Both the position numbers and the translations under genes were made by a program. A stretch of 62,935 nt of DNA, taken from contig JBNJDK010000004.1 of the NCBI GenBank assembly GCA_051744805.1, positions 1 through 62,935 of the forward strand, written 5' to 3'. This DNA is from Bacillota bacterium. GTDB lineage: Bacteria; Bacillota; Halanaerobiia; Halanaerobiales; DATFIM01. Positions 1 through 9,211 of this stretch are shown here, piece after piece. Position 1 is the stretch's first letter; the number at the start of each line of letters is the position of its first letter. Under the pieces are notes generated by a model. That model did no database searches. It saw nothing but the letters and a program-made list of their open reading frames with translations, and was not told the DNA's origin.

Positions 1-855
1 AGTAGGCTCTTCTGTCATATATTCTCTTACTGGCTTATCAATAAAATTCATTGACCTTTCCAGTAGACGCCTTATATCTCCATCAGTTATAATCCCAACT
101 AACTTACCTTCATCATCAACTACAGAAGTGGAACCCATCTTACTTTCAGTCATCGTGAAAAGTGCTTCCTTGACTGGAGTATCTATATCAACTACTGGGT
201 TTTCATTTCTAATCTCTAAAACATCTTTTACTTTAGTTAAAAGTTTTCTTCCCAGACTTCCACCTGGATGAAATAAAGCAAAATCTTCTGGTGTAAAACC
301 TTTTAAATTAGATAAGGCAATTGCAAGAGCATCACCTAAAGCAAGAGTAGCAGTAGTACTGGCAGTTGGAGCCAGCCCATGTGGGCAAGCTTCTTCCTCA
401 ATATCAGCACAAAGACAAACATCACTATATTCAGCAAGGGTAGAATTTTCATCTCCTGTAAATGAAATCATCTTAGAACCGATTCTTCTAATTGCAGGTA
501 AAAGACCTACTACTTCTTCAGTTTCACCACTATGAGAAATAGCGATTACAATATCATCAAAAGTTACCATCCCAATATCTCCATGCATTGCTTCTCCGGC
601 ATGTACAAAAAAAGCAGGAGTTCCAGTACTGGAAAAAGTAGCAGCTAATTTCTGAGCAATAAGACCGGATTTGCCCATACCGGTAAAAACAACTCTTCCT
701 TCACTTCCTAAAATTAGTTTTACTGCTTTTTCAAATTTTTTATCTATTGATTTTTTCAAACCTAAAACTGCTTCAGCCTCTATTTTAAGAACTTCTTCTG
801 CATCCTTTAGACTGTCTTTTAATAACTCGTCTGTTAATTTAAAGTCTTTATTCAA
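1..855 (-). CDS. kdsD: arabinose-5-phosphate isomerase (KdsD/KpsF family); C-terminus runs off the window start
   Basis: Absent from the ORF track because it is open at the window edge. The minus frame gives MNKDFKLTDELL...VVFTGMGKSGLIAQKLAATFSSTGTPAFFVHAGEAMHGDIGM...SHSGETEE (SIS domain), then a CBS-like VVDDEGKLVGIITDGDIRR. TTG start at 855-853 follows SD GGAGTGAA (861-868). Confidence 0.85.
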   Translation of the reverse strand, partial: MNKDFKLTDELLKDSLKDAEEVLKIEAEAVLGLKKSIDKKFEKAVKLILGSEGRVVFTGMGKSGLIAQKLAATFSSTGTPAFFVHAGEAMHGDIGMVTFDDIVIAISHSGETEEVVGLLPAIRRIGSKMISFTGDENSTLAEYSDVCLCADIEEEACPHGLAPTASTTATLALGDALAIALSNLKGFTPEDFALFHPGGSLGRKLLTKVKDVLEIRNENPVVDIDTPVKEALFTMTESKMGSTSVVDDEGKLVGIITDGDIRRLLERSMNFIDKPVREYMTEEPT

Positions 856-857
856 CC

Positions 858-1694
858 TTATTCACTCCTCCCTTTAACCACTTCATCAATAGCCAGGGCC
901 TGTTTTAAAATACCTTCTAATTTATCTAAGGGAATCATAGTTGCTGAATCACTTTTAGCAACTTCTGGGTTATCATGAACTTCCATAAATAAAGCATCTA
1001 TACCTACTCCACAGGCAGCTCTAGTAAGATGAGGCACATATTCTCTTTCTCCTCCTGATTTTTCTCCCTGGCCACCTGGTAGTTGAACACTATGAGTGGC
1101 ATCAAATACTACTGGATAACCGGTTTCTTTCATCCTTGGTAAAGATCTCATATCTACTACTAAATTATTATAACCAAAACTTGCTCCTCTTTCAGTTAAA
1201 ATAATTCTTTTATTCCCGGTACTTTCTATCTTTTTTACTACCTGGTCAATATCCCAGGGAGCCAAAAATTGTCCTTTTTTTACATTAACAATTTTATTAG
1301 TTTCACCTGCAGCTACTACTAAATCAGTTTGGCGGGATAAAAAAGCAGGAACCTGAACAATATCCAGAACTTCTCCGGCAAGTTTAGCCTGTTCTACTGT
1401 ATGCACATCTGATAAAAGAGGTAAATCAAAACGTTCTTTTACCTCACTCAACAACTTCAAACCATCTTCAAGTCCCGGACCGCGATATGATTCTATAGAA
1501 GAACGATTGGCTTTATCATAAGATGATTTAAAAACATAAGGAATACCTAATTTATCAGTAATCTTTTTTATTCCTTCTGCAATTCTTAAAACTCTATCCC
1601 TTTCTTCTAAAGCACAGGGTCCGGAAAGCAGAACAAACGGAGTTTCTTTATCTCCAAAAGTTATTTCATCATTTAATTTAAATTCTTTTACCAT
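858..1694 (-). CDS. kdsA: 2-dehydro-3-deoxyphosphooctonate aldolase (KDO-8-phosphate synthase)
   Basis: 278-aa ORF with LLSGPCALE, KSSYDKANRSS and FDATHSVQLPGG motifs. It lies between kdsB and kdsD. Confidence 0.9.
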   Translation of the reverse strand: MVKEFKLNDEITFGDKETPFVLLSGPCALEERDRVLRIAEGIKKITDKLGIPYVFKSSYDKANRSSIESYRGPGLEDGLKLLSEVKERFDLPLLSDVHTVEQAKLAGEVLDIVQVPAFLSRQTDLVVAAGETNKIVNVKKGQFLAPWDIDQVVKKIESTGNKRIILTERGASFGYNNLVVDMRSLPRMKETGYPVVFDATHSVQLPGGQGEKSGGEREYVPHLTRAACGVGIDALFMEVHDNPEVAKSDSATMIPLDKLEGILKQALAIDEVVKGRSE

Positions 1695-1719
1695 TCTAAC
1701 ACCTCTAATTATAATATTT

Positions 1720-2472
1720 TTATTCTAATCTATAATCTATATCTTCTCTCTGAATTAATTCTTTTACATAGTTTAAATCTTCAGGGGTATCTACCCCAAC
1801 AGTATCATAAGCAGTTTCTATAACTTTAATATCATACCCATTTTCCAATACTCGTAATTGTTCCAGTGATTCAATTTTTTCTAATTTACTTTCCTCCATT
1901 TTACTATATTCTAAAAGAAAATCTCTCCTAAAAGCATAAACTCCAATATGTTTATAATAATCTACATGGCCACTATTATCTTCCCGTTGATAAGGGATTG
2001 TAGCTCTTGAGAAATATAGAGCAAAATTAGTAGCATCTGTAACTACTTTTACAACATTAGGATTATTTATTTTATTTAAATCATCAATTCTCTTTTTTAA
2101 AGTTGTCATAATCAAATCATTATTTCTTTTAAAAGGTTTTACAATTTGATCAATCATCACAGGTTTAATCAATGGTTCATCTCCCTGTACATTAACAATA
2201 ATATCTGCTTTTAAATTTTCTGCAACCTCAGCTATCCGATCAGTTCCAGATTTATGAGCACTGGAAGTCATTTCTACTTTTCCACCAAAATTTTTAACTG
2301 CTTCTGTAATTCTACGGTCATCAGTAGCAACTATAACCTCATCAATCACCTCTGCTTTTTTAACTCTTTTATAGACATGTTCAATCATAGGTTGATTATT
2401 AATTTCAACCAGAGGTTTCCCTGGAAATCTACTTGATTCATACCGGGCAGGTATAATAGCAGTTATTTTCAA
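1720..2472 (-). CDS. kdsB: 3-deoxy-manno-octulosonate cytidylyltransferase (CMP-KDO synthetase)
   Basis: N-terminus KITAIIPARYESSRFPGKPL and a QGDEP motif. TTG at 2472 follows GAGGTGGA at good spacing and is preferred over the track GTG at 2487, which lies inside the SD. Confidence 0.85.
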   Translation of the reverse strand: MKITAIIPARYESSRFPGKPLVEINNQPMIEHVYKRVKKAEVIDEVIVATDDRRITEAVKNFGGKVEMTSSAHKSGTDRIAEVAENLKADIIVNVQGDEPLIKPVMIDQIVKPFKRNNDLIMTTLKKRIDDLNKINNPNVVKVVTDATNFALYFSRATIPYQREDNSGHVDYYKHIGVYAFRRDFLLEYSKMEESKLEKIESLEQLRVLENGYDIKVIETAYDTVGVDTPEDLNYVKELIQREDIDYRLE

Positions 2473-2498
2473 AATTATCCACCTCACTTATAAATTTT

Positions 2499-3623
2499 TT
2501 ATAAAAATTTTAGAACTTGACCCGAAAAATCAACTTCATTATTAAACTTAAGTTCAATTCCCAGACTATAAAGATCTGTATCCATCTTAGAAAAATTATT
2601 TAGAATTTCTTCATTGAATTTCACTGAATCTTTTTCTGTAGTTATTATAAAATCCACTCCATTTAATTGAGCTTTCATCATAATATCCATTACATCATCT
2701 TGATCATAATCATAATGATCAGGATAAATAGCAGTTTCAACAACTTTTATATCTAATTCTTCTAAACTTTTAACAAAGGAATCGGGATTTCCAATACCAC
2801 TTAAAGCAAGAACTTTTTTCCCTTTCAAATCACTAATATTTTTACCATCATTTTCATTATTTGAAGCTAGAGATTTTAGTTTAACCGGACAGTGATTTGA
2901 AGTAAAAATATCAGCCTCTGAATTATGGCTGTAAATAGTATTTTTAATATCTTCTAATTTAGATTCATTCACCTGATCAGTCCTACTGACAATAACTATA
3001 TCAGATCTTTTTAAAGAAGAAAGAGGTTCTCTTAAAATCCCTCTTGGTAATAAATGGTCATAACCAAAAGGATTTAAAGCATCAATTACAACTATATCTA
3101 AATCCCTGTCTAATTGTAAATGTTGAAAACTATCATCAACTATTAACATATCTAAATCAAATTCTGAAATTGCCAGTTCACCTGCTTTATGACGGTCTTT
3201 CCCTTTGACAATAGGTATCCCGGATAAATGAGAAGCCATCATATATAATTCATCTCCAGCTTTACTCAATTCAGTTAAAATTTCCTGGCCATCTGAAATA
3301 ACGAGAGGTGTATCCCCTTCTGAATGATAACCTCTACTTAAAATACCTACTTTTTTATCTTTAGCAGAAAGTTCTGAAGCTAATTTTTCTACTACTGGAG
3401 TTTTCCCTGTCCCTCCTGTAGTTATATTTCCTACACTAATAGTTTTAGTATCCAGCTTTTTAGATTTGAATATACCTATTTTATAAAAAATGTCTCTTAT
3501 CTTTATTATTACAAGATAAACTGCTTCTAAAATTGTCAAAATAATTTTAACTATTTTATCAAAAAATCTATCTTTTTCACCTTTTATAACATTTAATAAA
3601 TATTTTTCCAGCTGTTTTCTCAT
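2499..3623 (-). CDS. lpxK: tetraacyldisaccharide 4'-kinase
   Basis: 374-aa ORF with an N-terminal TM and a GNITTGGTGKTP P-loop typical of LpxK. LPS gene context. Confidence 0.85.
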   Translation of the reverse strand: MRKQLEKYLLNVIKGEKDRFFDKIVKIILTILEAVYLVIIKIRDIFYKIGIFKSKKLDTKTISVGNITTGGTGKTPVVEKLASELSAKDKKVGILSRGYHSEGDTPLVISDGQEILTELSKAGDELYMMASHLSGIPIVKGKDRHKAGELAISEFDLDMLIVDDSFQHLQLDRDLDIVVIDALNPFGYDHLLPRGILREPLSSLKRSDIVIVSRTDQVNESKLEDIKNTIYSHNSEADIFTSNHCPVKLKSLASNNENDGKNISDLKGKKVLALSGIGNPDSFVKSLEELDIKVVETAIYPDHYDYDQDDVMDIMMKAQLNGVDFIITTEKDSVKFNEEILNNFSKMDTDLYSLGIELKFNNEVDFSGQVLKFL

Positions 3624-4354
3624 TATTTGACCTTTCCTTTCCAGGCTGCTAATTCTTCTTCTGCATCCTGTTGAACTTCGTTAATTTTATCTTCTAACAG
3701 CTGACATCTTTTTTCTATAGATTTTTCACCAGCAAAAGTAATTGGTTTACCAATTTTCAAAACTGTTTTGGTAAAAGGGAGGGGTATATTAAATTTATCC
3801 CAGCTATTTGCTTCTATTTTTTTATCAATAGCTATCCCTAAAGGAACAATTTCACCTTCTGATTTTTCCTGAAGATAAATTATTCCTGGTTTAACCTTAT
3901 AAATAGGTCCTGTAGGGCCATCAGGAGTAAGGACTGTAGTATTACCTTTAAGAAGTTTTTTATAAAGTTTTAATACTGATTTACTTCCTCCTCTGGTACT
4001 TGAGCCACGAATTACCTGCCAGCCAAAACGTCGCAGAATTCTAGTCATATATTCTCCATCCTGACTTAAGCTGGATAAAGCAAAGTATTGACGGTTACGA
4101 TAATAATAAACTGGTATCCACATATAACCATGCCAGAAAGCATAAAGAAGAGGTTTTTCTTTATCAATATTTTTAGTATTTTCTTTTCCAATAACCTTCA
4201 GATTTATAGTTTTATTAGTTAAAACTATAAGTCCATACATAAATTTTGGGATAAACCAGTTTTTAAATTTATTAAAAATTTCATTAAGAGAACTCAAAAT
4301 TACACCTCTTTTAGTAATTGAACTGCCCATTATAAAGCTCAGAATAAAGGCCAC
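3623..4354 (-). CDS. DUF374 / lysophospholipid acyltransferase-like protein
   Basis: 243-aa ORF with FWHGYMW...SQDGEYMTRILRRFGWQVIRGSSTRGG...LTPDGPTGP, the pattern of DUF374 proteins usually linked to waaA/lpxK. The true start is probably the internal Met at 4330. Confidence 0.65.
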   Translation of the reverse strand: MAFILSFIMGSSITKRGVILSSLNEIFNKFKNWFIPKFMYGLIVLTNKTINLKVIGKENTKNIDKEKPLLYAFWHGYMWIPVYYYRNRQYFALSSLSQDGEYMTRILRRFGWQVIRGSSTRGGSKSVLKLYKKLLKGNTTVLTPDGPTGPIYKVKPGIIYLQEKSEGEIVPLGIAIDKKIEANSWDKFNIPLPFTKTVLKIGKPITFAGEKSIEKRCQLLEDKINEVQQDAEEELAAWKGKVK

Positions 4355-6059
4355 CTTTATCTATAAGACTTTCATGGTCACCTTTATCTTTTATTATACC
4401 ATTTTCTAGAACAATTATCTTATCAGAATTTTTAATTGTACTTAAACGATGTGCTATTACAAAAGTAGTTCTATTTTTCATTAATTTTTCTAAAGCTTCC
4501 TGAACAAGTGATTCTGATTCTGCATCAAGAGCAGATGTAGCTTCATCCAGAATTAAAATTCTAGGATTTTTCAAGATGGCTCTGGCAATTGCTATTCTTT
4601 GCTTTTGACCTCCTGATAGTCCTACTCCTCTTTCACCAACAGTAGTTTGATAACCATCCTGGAATTCAACTATAAAATTATGAGCATTAGCAGCCTTAGC
4701 TGCCTCTTTTATAGCATCCATATCAGCTTCTAAATCTCCATAAGCTATATTATCAGCTAAAGTTCCACTAAACAAAATAGTTTCTTGAGGAACTATTCCT
4801 ATAAAGCTACGAAGGTTATCAACATCAATTTCTTTAAGGTCATGTCCATCAAGGGTTACATTCCCACTATCAGGATCATAAAACCGCGGAATAAGATCAA
4901 CCATAGTAGTTTTGCCAGCTCCACTAGGGCCAACCAGGGCCACAATCTCGCCAGGATTAGCTGTGAGATTAATATCTTTTAATACTTTTTCATCATGATT
5001 ATAAGAAAAATAAATATTATTATATTCTATTTTCCCATTTACTTTATCTAATTTTATAATATCTTCAGATTCATCATCAATATGTTTATCTATATCAATT
5101 ATTTCAAAAATCCTCTCAGCAGAAGCTAAGGCTTTTTGCACTGTTGCCGTAATATTAGTAAGCGACTTCAAAGGAGAACTTATGGTAAGTAACATTGTGA
5201 AAAAAGCTATTAACTCAGACGGCTTCATATTTCCCTGTAAAACCTGATAACCACCATACCAGAGAATAGCTGTAAAAGCAATTGAAGCCATAAATTCTAT
5301 ACTTGGAGTCAAAATAGCTCCATATTGAGCATTCTTCTTTTTGGCTCTAAAATTAGCTTCATTTTGTTCACTAAATCTTTCATATTCATAATCTTCTCTT
5401 CCAAATGATTTCACAACTCTTATTGCCGAAAGTGTTTCCTGCAATACATCAGATACATTAGCTATTTTCATCTGAACATCTCTACTAACTTTTCGAATTT
5501 TGGTATTAAATCTTTTTAAAATATAAGTCATAGCAGGTAACATAACTATCAAAAATAATGTTAGTTGAGCATTAAGATAAAAAAGATAACCTATACCACC
5601 TAAAAAAGTCAGTGTCTTATATACTAAACTAATACTACTATCAACTATGGCTCTCTGTAATTTATTTACATCATTTGTAACTCTAGAAATAATTTCTCCT
5701 GTTTTGTGTGTACTGTAAAAACTAAGTGATAAACTCTGCAGCTTTGCATAAAGTTCATTTCTAATATCCCTTACAGCTTTATAAGATACATAAGAAATAA
5801 GATATTTTTGACCAAAATAAACAATACCTTTAAGTAAATAAACTCCTATCATCATAGCTGCAATCCAGGATAATCTTATAATCCCTTCTCTTCCACCGGC
5901 CATATTTGAAATAACAGTTTCTATTAAATTCTGAAAAACTCTTACAAAATATACTGTTAAAAAAGAATGGACTAACATGGAAAAAATCCCGGCTGCAAGC
6001 CGTTTTTTATATGGAAATAAATATCTCATAACTCTTTTAGCTAAAACCAAATAGATCAA
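4311..6059 (-). CDS. msbA: ABC exporter, fused permease/ATPase, lipid A flippase-like
   Basis: 582 aa. Six-TM exporter domain plus Walker A GPSGAGKTT, signature LSGGQKQR and Walker B ILILDEATSALD. Operon position is next to lpxK. The start may be TTG 6050 or ATG 6029. Confidence 0.75.
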   Translation of the reverse strand: MIYLVLAKRVMRYLFPYKKRLAAGIFSMLVHSFLTVYFVRVFQNLIETVISNMAGGREGIIRLSWIAAMMIGVYLLKGIVYFGQKYLISYVSYKAVRDIRNELYAKLQSLSLSFYSTHKTGEIISRVTNDVNKLQRAIVDSSISLVYKTLTFLGGIGYLFYLNAQLTLFLIVMLPAMTYILKRFNTKIRKVSRDVQMKIANVSDVLQETLSAIRVVKSFGREDYEYERFSEQNEANFRAKKKNAQYGAILTPSIEFMASIAFTAILWYGGYQVLQGNMKPSELIAFFTMLLTISSPLKSLTNITATVQKALASAERIFEIIDIDKHIDDESEDIIKLDKVNGKIEYNNIYFSYNHDEKVLKDINLTANPGEIVALVGPSGAGKTTMVDLIPRFYDPDSGNVTLDGHDLKEIDVDNLRSFIGIVPQETILFSGTLADNIAYGDLEADMDAIKEAAKAANAHNFIVEFQDGYQTTVGERGVGLSGGQKQRIAIARAILKNPRILILDEATSALDAESESLVQEALEKLMKNRTTFVIAHRLSTIKNSDKIIVLENGIIKDKGDHESLIDKGGLYSELYNGQFNY

Positions 6060-6079
6060 CTCCTGTTTTGGTTCTCATT

Positions 6080-6607
6080 TTAATATTCTATTCCTTCACG
6101 AGCAGGTACATTTTTATTAAAAGGATGTTTTTTCATCTGCATTTCTGTTACATAATCAGCCATATCTATTAATTCCTCTGGAGCATTTCTTCCGGTTAAA
6201 ACAAGTTCTTTATCTTTACCTTTATTTTTGAGAAGTTCTTTTACATCATCAATTTCTACCATTCCATTACTAATTGCTCCCATGATTTCATCAAATATAA
6301 TTATCTCATAATCACTATTTTCCAGAAGGTCATTAATTTTATTCCAGATTTCTTTTATTTCTTCTTTTTGTTCTTTTTTTTCTTCTTCAGTCATCTGTAT
6401 ATAGAATTTTTTGCTTTTATTAGCTCTTTCAAAAGTTATATTATCAAATTTTTTTGCACTTAATCTTTCACCAGTTTTTCTACCTTTAAGAAATTGCAAA
6501 ATATATATTTTTTTATCATAGGCAGAAGCACGAAAAGCAAGTCCCATTGCTGCAGTAGTTTTTCCTTTTCCATCACCAGTATAAATATGAATTTGTCCAT
6601 TTTCCAT
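6080..6607 (-). CDS. cobO: cob(I)yrinic acid a,c-diamide adenosyltransferase (CobO/CobA/BtuR family), paralog 2
   Basis: 175 aa with the IYTGDGKGKTTAAMGLAFRA P-loop and an FDE acidic motif. Similar in layout to ORF 7548..8063. Confidence 0.85.
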   Translation of the reverse strand: MENGQIHIYTGDGKGKTTAAMGLAFRASAYDKKIYILQFLKGRKTGERLSAKKFDNITFERANKSKKFYIQMTEEEKKEQKEEIKEIWNKINDLLENSDYEIIIFDEIMGAISNGMVEIDDVKELLKNKGKDKELVLTGRNAPEELIDMADYVTEMQMKKHPFNKNVPAREGIEY

Positions 6608-6635
6608 TTTTTATACCTCCAATTTATATAATTAT

Positions 6636-7244
6636 TTAATCTAAATGACAGGTGCTATTCAATAATTTTAGTACTGGCCTATTATCATAAATTGTCAAAT
6701 GACTTATAGAAGTATTATGAACTGATAACTTTCTGTTCCCTTTTAAATCCATTCCAAGTATATGGGCCAGATAAACTCTAATTGTTCCTCCATGAGCAAC
6801 TATTGCTATTCTTTCACCAGTATGCAAATCTTTGATTTTATTTATAATAGAAATTACTCTTTTTTGAAAATCCAAAAAAGTTTCTCCATTAGGAGGACTA
6901 ATAGATATTGGGTCTTTTCGCCATTCATTATATTTTTCTGCTTCTTTTTCCTGGATTTCTGTAAAATTCATTCCTTCCCAGTCCCCAAAAGAAATTTCCC
7001 TTAAATTTTCCTCTTTAATCAATTTCTTATTATGAGGTTCAGCTACAATAGCTGCTGTGTTTGAAGCTCTTTTAAGATCACTTGTATAAAATCTATCTAT
7101 TTTTCTTTCAGCAAGTCTTTCTCTTAAAAGATGGGCCTGATTATATCCAGTTTCATTTAAATCTATATCAGTCTGTCCCTGGTAAATAAGTTTTTTATTC
7201 CATTCAGTTTCACCATGTCTTATAAAAAATAAATCTGTTTCCAT
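6636..7244 (-). CDS. cobC: histidine-phosphatase family protein, probable alpha-ribazole phosphatase
   Basis: RHGETEWN catalytic motif and a later AHGG motif. It sits between two cobO genes. SD CAGGAGGTAAAG precedes the ATG. Confidence 0.65.
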   Translation of the reverse strand: METDLFFIRHGETEWNKKLIYQGQTDIDLNETGYNQAHLLRERLAERKIDRFYTSDLKRASNTAAIVAEPHNKKLIKEENLREISFGDWEGMNFTEIQEKEAEKYNEWRKDPISISPPNGETFLDFQKRVISIINKIKDLHTGERIAIVAHGGTIRVYLAHILGMDLKGNRKLSVHNTSISHLTIYDNRPVLKLLNSTCHLD

Positions 7245-7311
7245 TAATCTTTACCTCCTGAATAATTATCTTAATCCATACCTAATTAAGTATATCAAAG
7301 AAAGTGGTGAA

Positions 7312-7397
7312 TTAAAAGTATGGTGATGTCATATACCCTCTCAAATTTTAACAAACCTATCCTCAGAGAGGCTAAAATTCCATCACCATACTTTTAA
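7312..7397 (-). repeat. perfect 17-bp inverted repeat with a 52-nt spacer (hairpin H1)
   Basis: TTAAAAGTATGGTGATG (7312-7328) and CATCACCATACTTTTAA (7381-7397). Inside the loop, CCTCTC/GAGAGG (7337-7342 / 7366-7371) and AATTTTA/TAAAATT (7344-7350 / 7373-7379) give crossing or alternative pairings. Confidence 0.9.
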
Positions 7398-7453
7398 AAT
7401 GTTTTTTATAGCAGATAATTGAATGAATGATTAAGCTTCGTCTTATAAAGCGT

Positions 7454-7548
7454 AAGGTAAATGAATAAGATACTGAGCTTTTAATATCTCTGAAAACATT
7501 TATAATAATATTGAGAGATTATTTGCGAAGTTCTTATTCATTTACCTT
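7454..7548 (-). repeat. perfect 17-bp inverted repeat with a 61-nt spacer (hairpin H2), abutting the cobO stop codon
   Basis: AAGGTAAATGAATAAGA (7454-7470) and TCTTATTCATTTACCTT (7532-7548). An inner ATCTCT/AGAGAT pairing lies in the loop. Confidence 0.9.
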
Positions 7549-8063
7549 TATCTCTCGATGCCGTCTCGAGCTTTTACACCTTTTTCATAATAGTGTTTGA
7601 TCTCCTGCATATCAGTAACAAGATCAGCTTTATCAATCAACTTATCTTTTGCCTTTCTTCCTGTAACAACAACTTCTATACCCTCATTTCTGCTATCTAT
7701 TACTTCAATTAATTCATCAACACTAAATAAATCAAAATAAACTGCAATATTGGCTTCATCAAGTATAACTAAATCATATTCATTTGATTTTAATATTTCT
7801 TTAACTTCTTGTAAACCTTCCCGAGCAGCCTTAACATCTTCTTCTTCTGGTTCTTTTTCTATAAAACAACTTAAACCATATTGTTTTACATCTATATTAG
7901 CAATCTCATTTAAAACTTTAATCTCACTATATTTCATACTTTTTACAAACTGTCCAATAAAAACTTTGAGCCCTGCTCCGGCAGCTCTCACAGCCATACC
8001 TATAGCAGCAGTTGTTTTCCCTTTACCATCACCTGTATATACCTGTAACATACCTTTTTTCAT
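7548..8063 (-). CDS. cobO: cob(I)yrinic acid a,c-diamide adenosyltransferase (CobO/CobA/BtuR family), paralog 1
   Basis: 171 aa with the VYTGDGKGKTTAAIGMAVRA P-loop and an ILDE motif. Confidence 0.85.
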   Translation of the reverse strand: MKKGMLQVYTGDGKGKTTAAIGMAVRAAGAGLKVFIGQFVKSMKYSEIKVLNEIANIDVKQYGLSCFIEKEPEEEDVKAAREGLQEVKEILKSNEYDLVILDEANIAVYFDLFSVDELIEVIDSRNEGIEVVVTGRKAKDKLIDKADLVTDMQEIKHYYEKGVKARDGIER

Positions 8064-8116
8064 CTAAACCACCCCTCCCTCTCTTCAATTATATTATAAC
8101 GAAATTTTTTTCATAA

Positions 8117-9211
8117 TTAAACTTTTTCTAATGAATTTTTTAGAACTCTTAATAATCTTAAATTTTCCTCCCTACTTTTAACTGCAATTCTAAAATAACT
8201 ATTATTAAGTCCGCGAAAGTTACTACAATCTCTGATAACAATTCCCTGACTGGCCATTTTATCCCTCAGTTTTTCAGCAGTTAAATTTTTTTCAATCTTT
8301 AATAGTATAAAATTTACTGAAGGTTTATATACTCTCAAATCAGAGATATCATTCAACTTCTTATATAAAAATTTTCTTTGCTCCTTATTTTTAATTTTAC
8401 TTTTTTTAATATAATCTTTATCATTGATAGCTTTATTCCCGGCTGTTTGAGCTAAAGAATTAACTGTCCAGGGGTCTCTCCTTTTCTCTAATTCAGCTAT
8501 TAATTCAGAACTCCCCAATCCATATCCAAGTCTCAAACCTGGTATGGCAAAAAATTTAGTTAAAGACCTCAAAATAAATAAATTATCAAAGTGATCTATT
8601 TCCTTAATTAAACTATATTTACTTTCATTTTCTCTGAAATCTATAAAAGCTTCATCAACTACAACAAAAACATCTTCTTTTTGGGCTATATTTAAAATTT
8701 TTACCAATTTATCCTTATTATATAATTGTCCACTAGGATTATGAGGATTATTTAGAATTATTAAATCATTTCTTTTTAAATAATTTTTTAATTTAGAAAC
8801 ATCTAGAGAAAAATCATCTTTTTCTCTTAAATAAAAAAATTCCAAATCAGCATCTATTTTATAAGCTGCTTTTTCATATTCAGAAAAAGACGGAACAGGA
8901 AGCAGTATTTTATCTATTTTTAAATAATCAAGTAATAAATAAATGAGCTCTGCTGCTCCATTCCCGGCAATAATTCTTTCTTTTTTAATGTTTAAATTTT
9001 TAGATAGTTCTTTTTTAAAATCTTCAGCCCGCGGTTGAGGATAATGAATCAGATTATTTATTTCTTTTTGCAGAGCTTTTTTTACTGACTCAGGAATTCC
9101 TAAAAAATTTATATTTGCACTAAAATCAATTATCTCTTGTTTAGATAAAGAAAAGCTATCCTTAATTTCTTTTAGATTTCCTCCATGTTCAAAATCATCT
9201 TTTTTCTTCAA
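8117..9211 (-). CDS. cobD: threonine-phosphate decarboxylase (CobD, aminotransferase class I/II fold)
   Basis: HGGN near the N-terminus, NPHNPSG, and PLP-lysine region SLTKFFAIPGLRLGY. TTG at 9211 follows GGAGGAGG at 8 nt and is preferred over the track ATG 9271, which overlaps pduX by 77 nt. Confidence 0.75.
   Translation of the reverse strand: MKKKDDFEHGGNLKEIKDSFSLSKQEIIDFSANINFLGIPESVKKALQKEINNLIHYPQPRAEDFKKELSKNLNIKKERIIAGNGAAELIYLLLDYLKIDKILLPVPSFSEYEKAAYKIDADLEFFYLREKDDFSLDVSKLKNYLKRNDLIILNNPHNPSGQLYNKDKLVKILNIAQKEDVFVVVDEAFIDFRENESKYSLIKEIDHFDNLFILRSLTKFFAIPGLRLGYGLGSSELIAELEKRRDPWTVNSLAQTAGNKAINDKDYIKKSKIKNKEQRKFLYKKLNDISDLRVYKPSVNFILLKIEKNLTAEKLRDKMASQGIVIRDCSNFRGLNNSYFRIAVKSREENLRLLRVLKNSLEKV

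Noticed and set aside
7312-7548. Interpreting hairpins H1/H2 as integron attC sites, a T-box, or a second B12 riboswitch
   Set aside because: There is no RYYYAAC/GTTRRRY core pair and no integrase. There is no T-box (AATTAGGGTGGTACCGCG-like) or specifier features. There is no B12 box (GCCACTG) or GGGAA/GGTGAAA aptamer elements.
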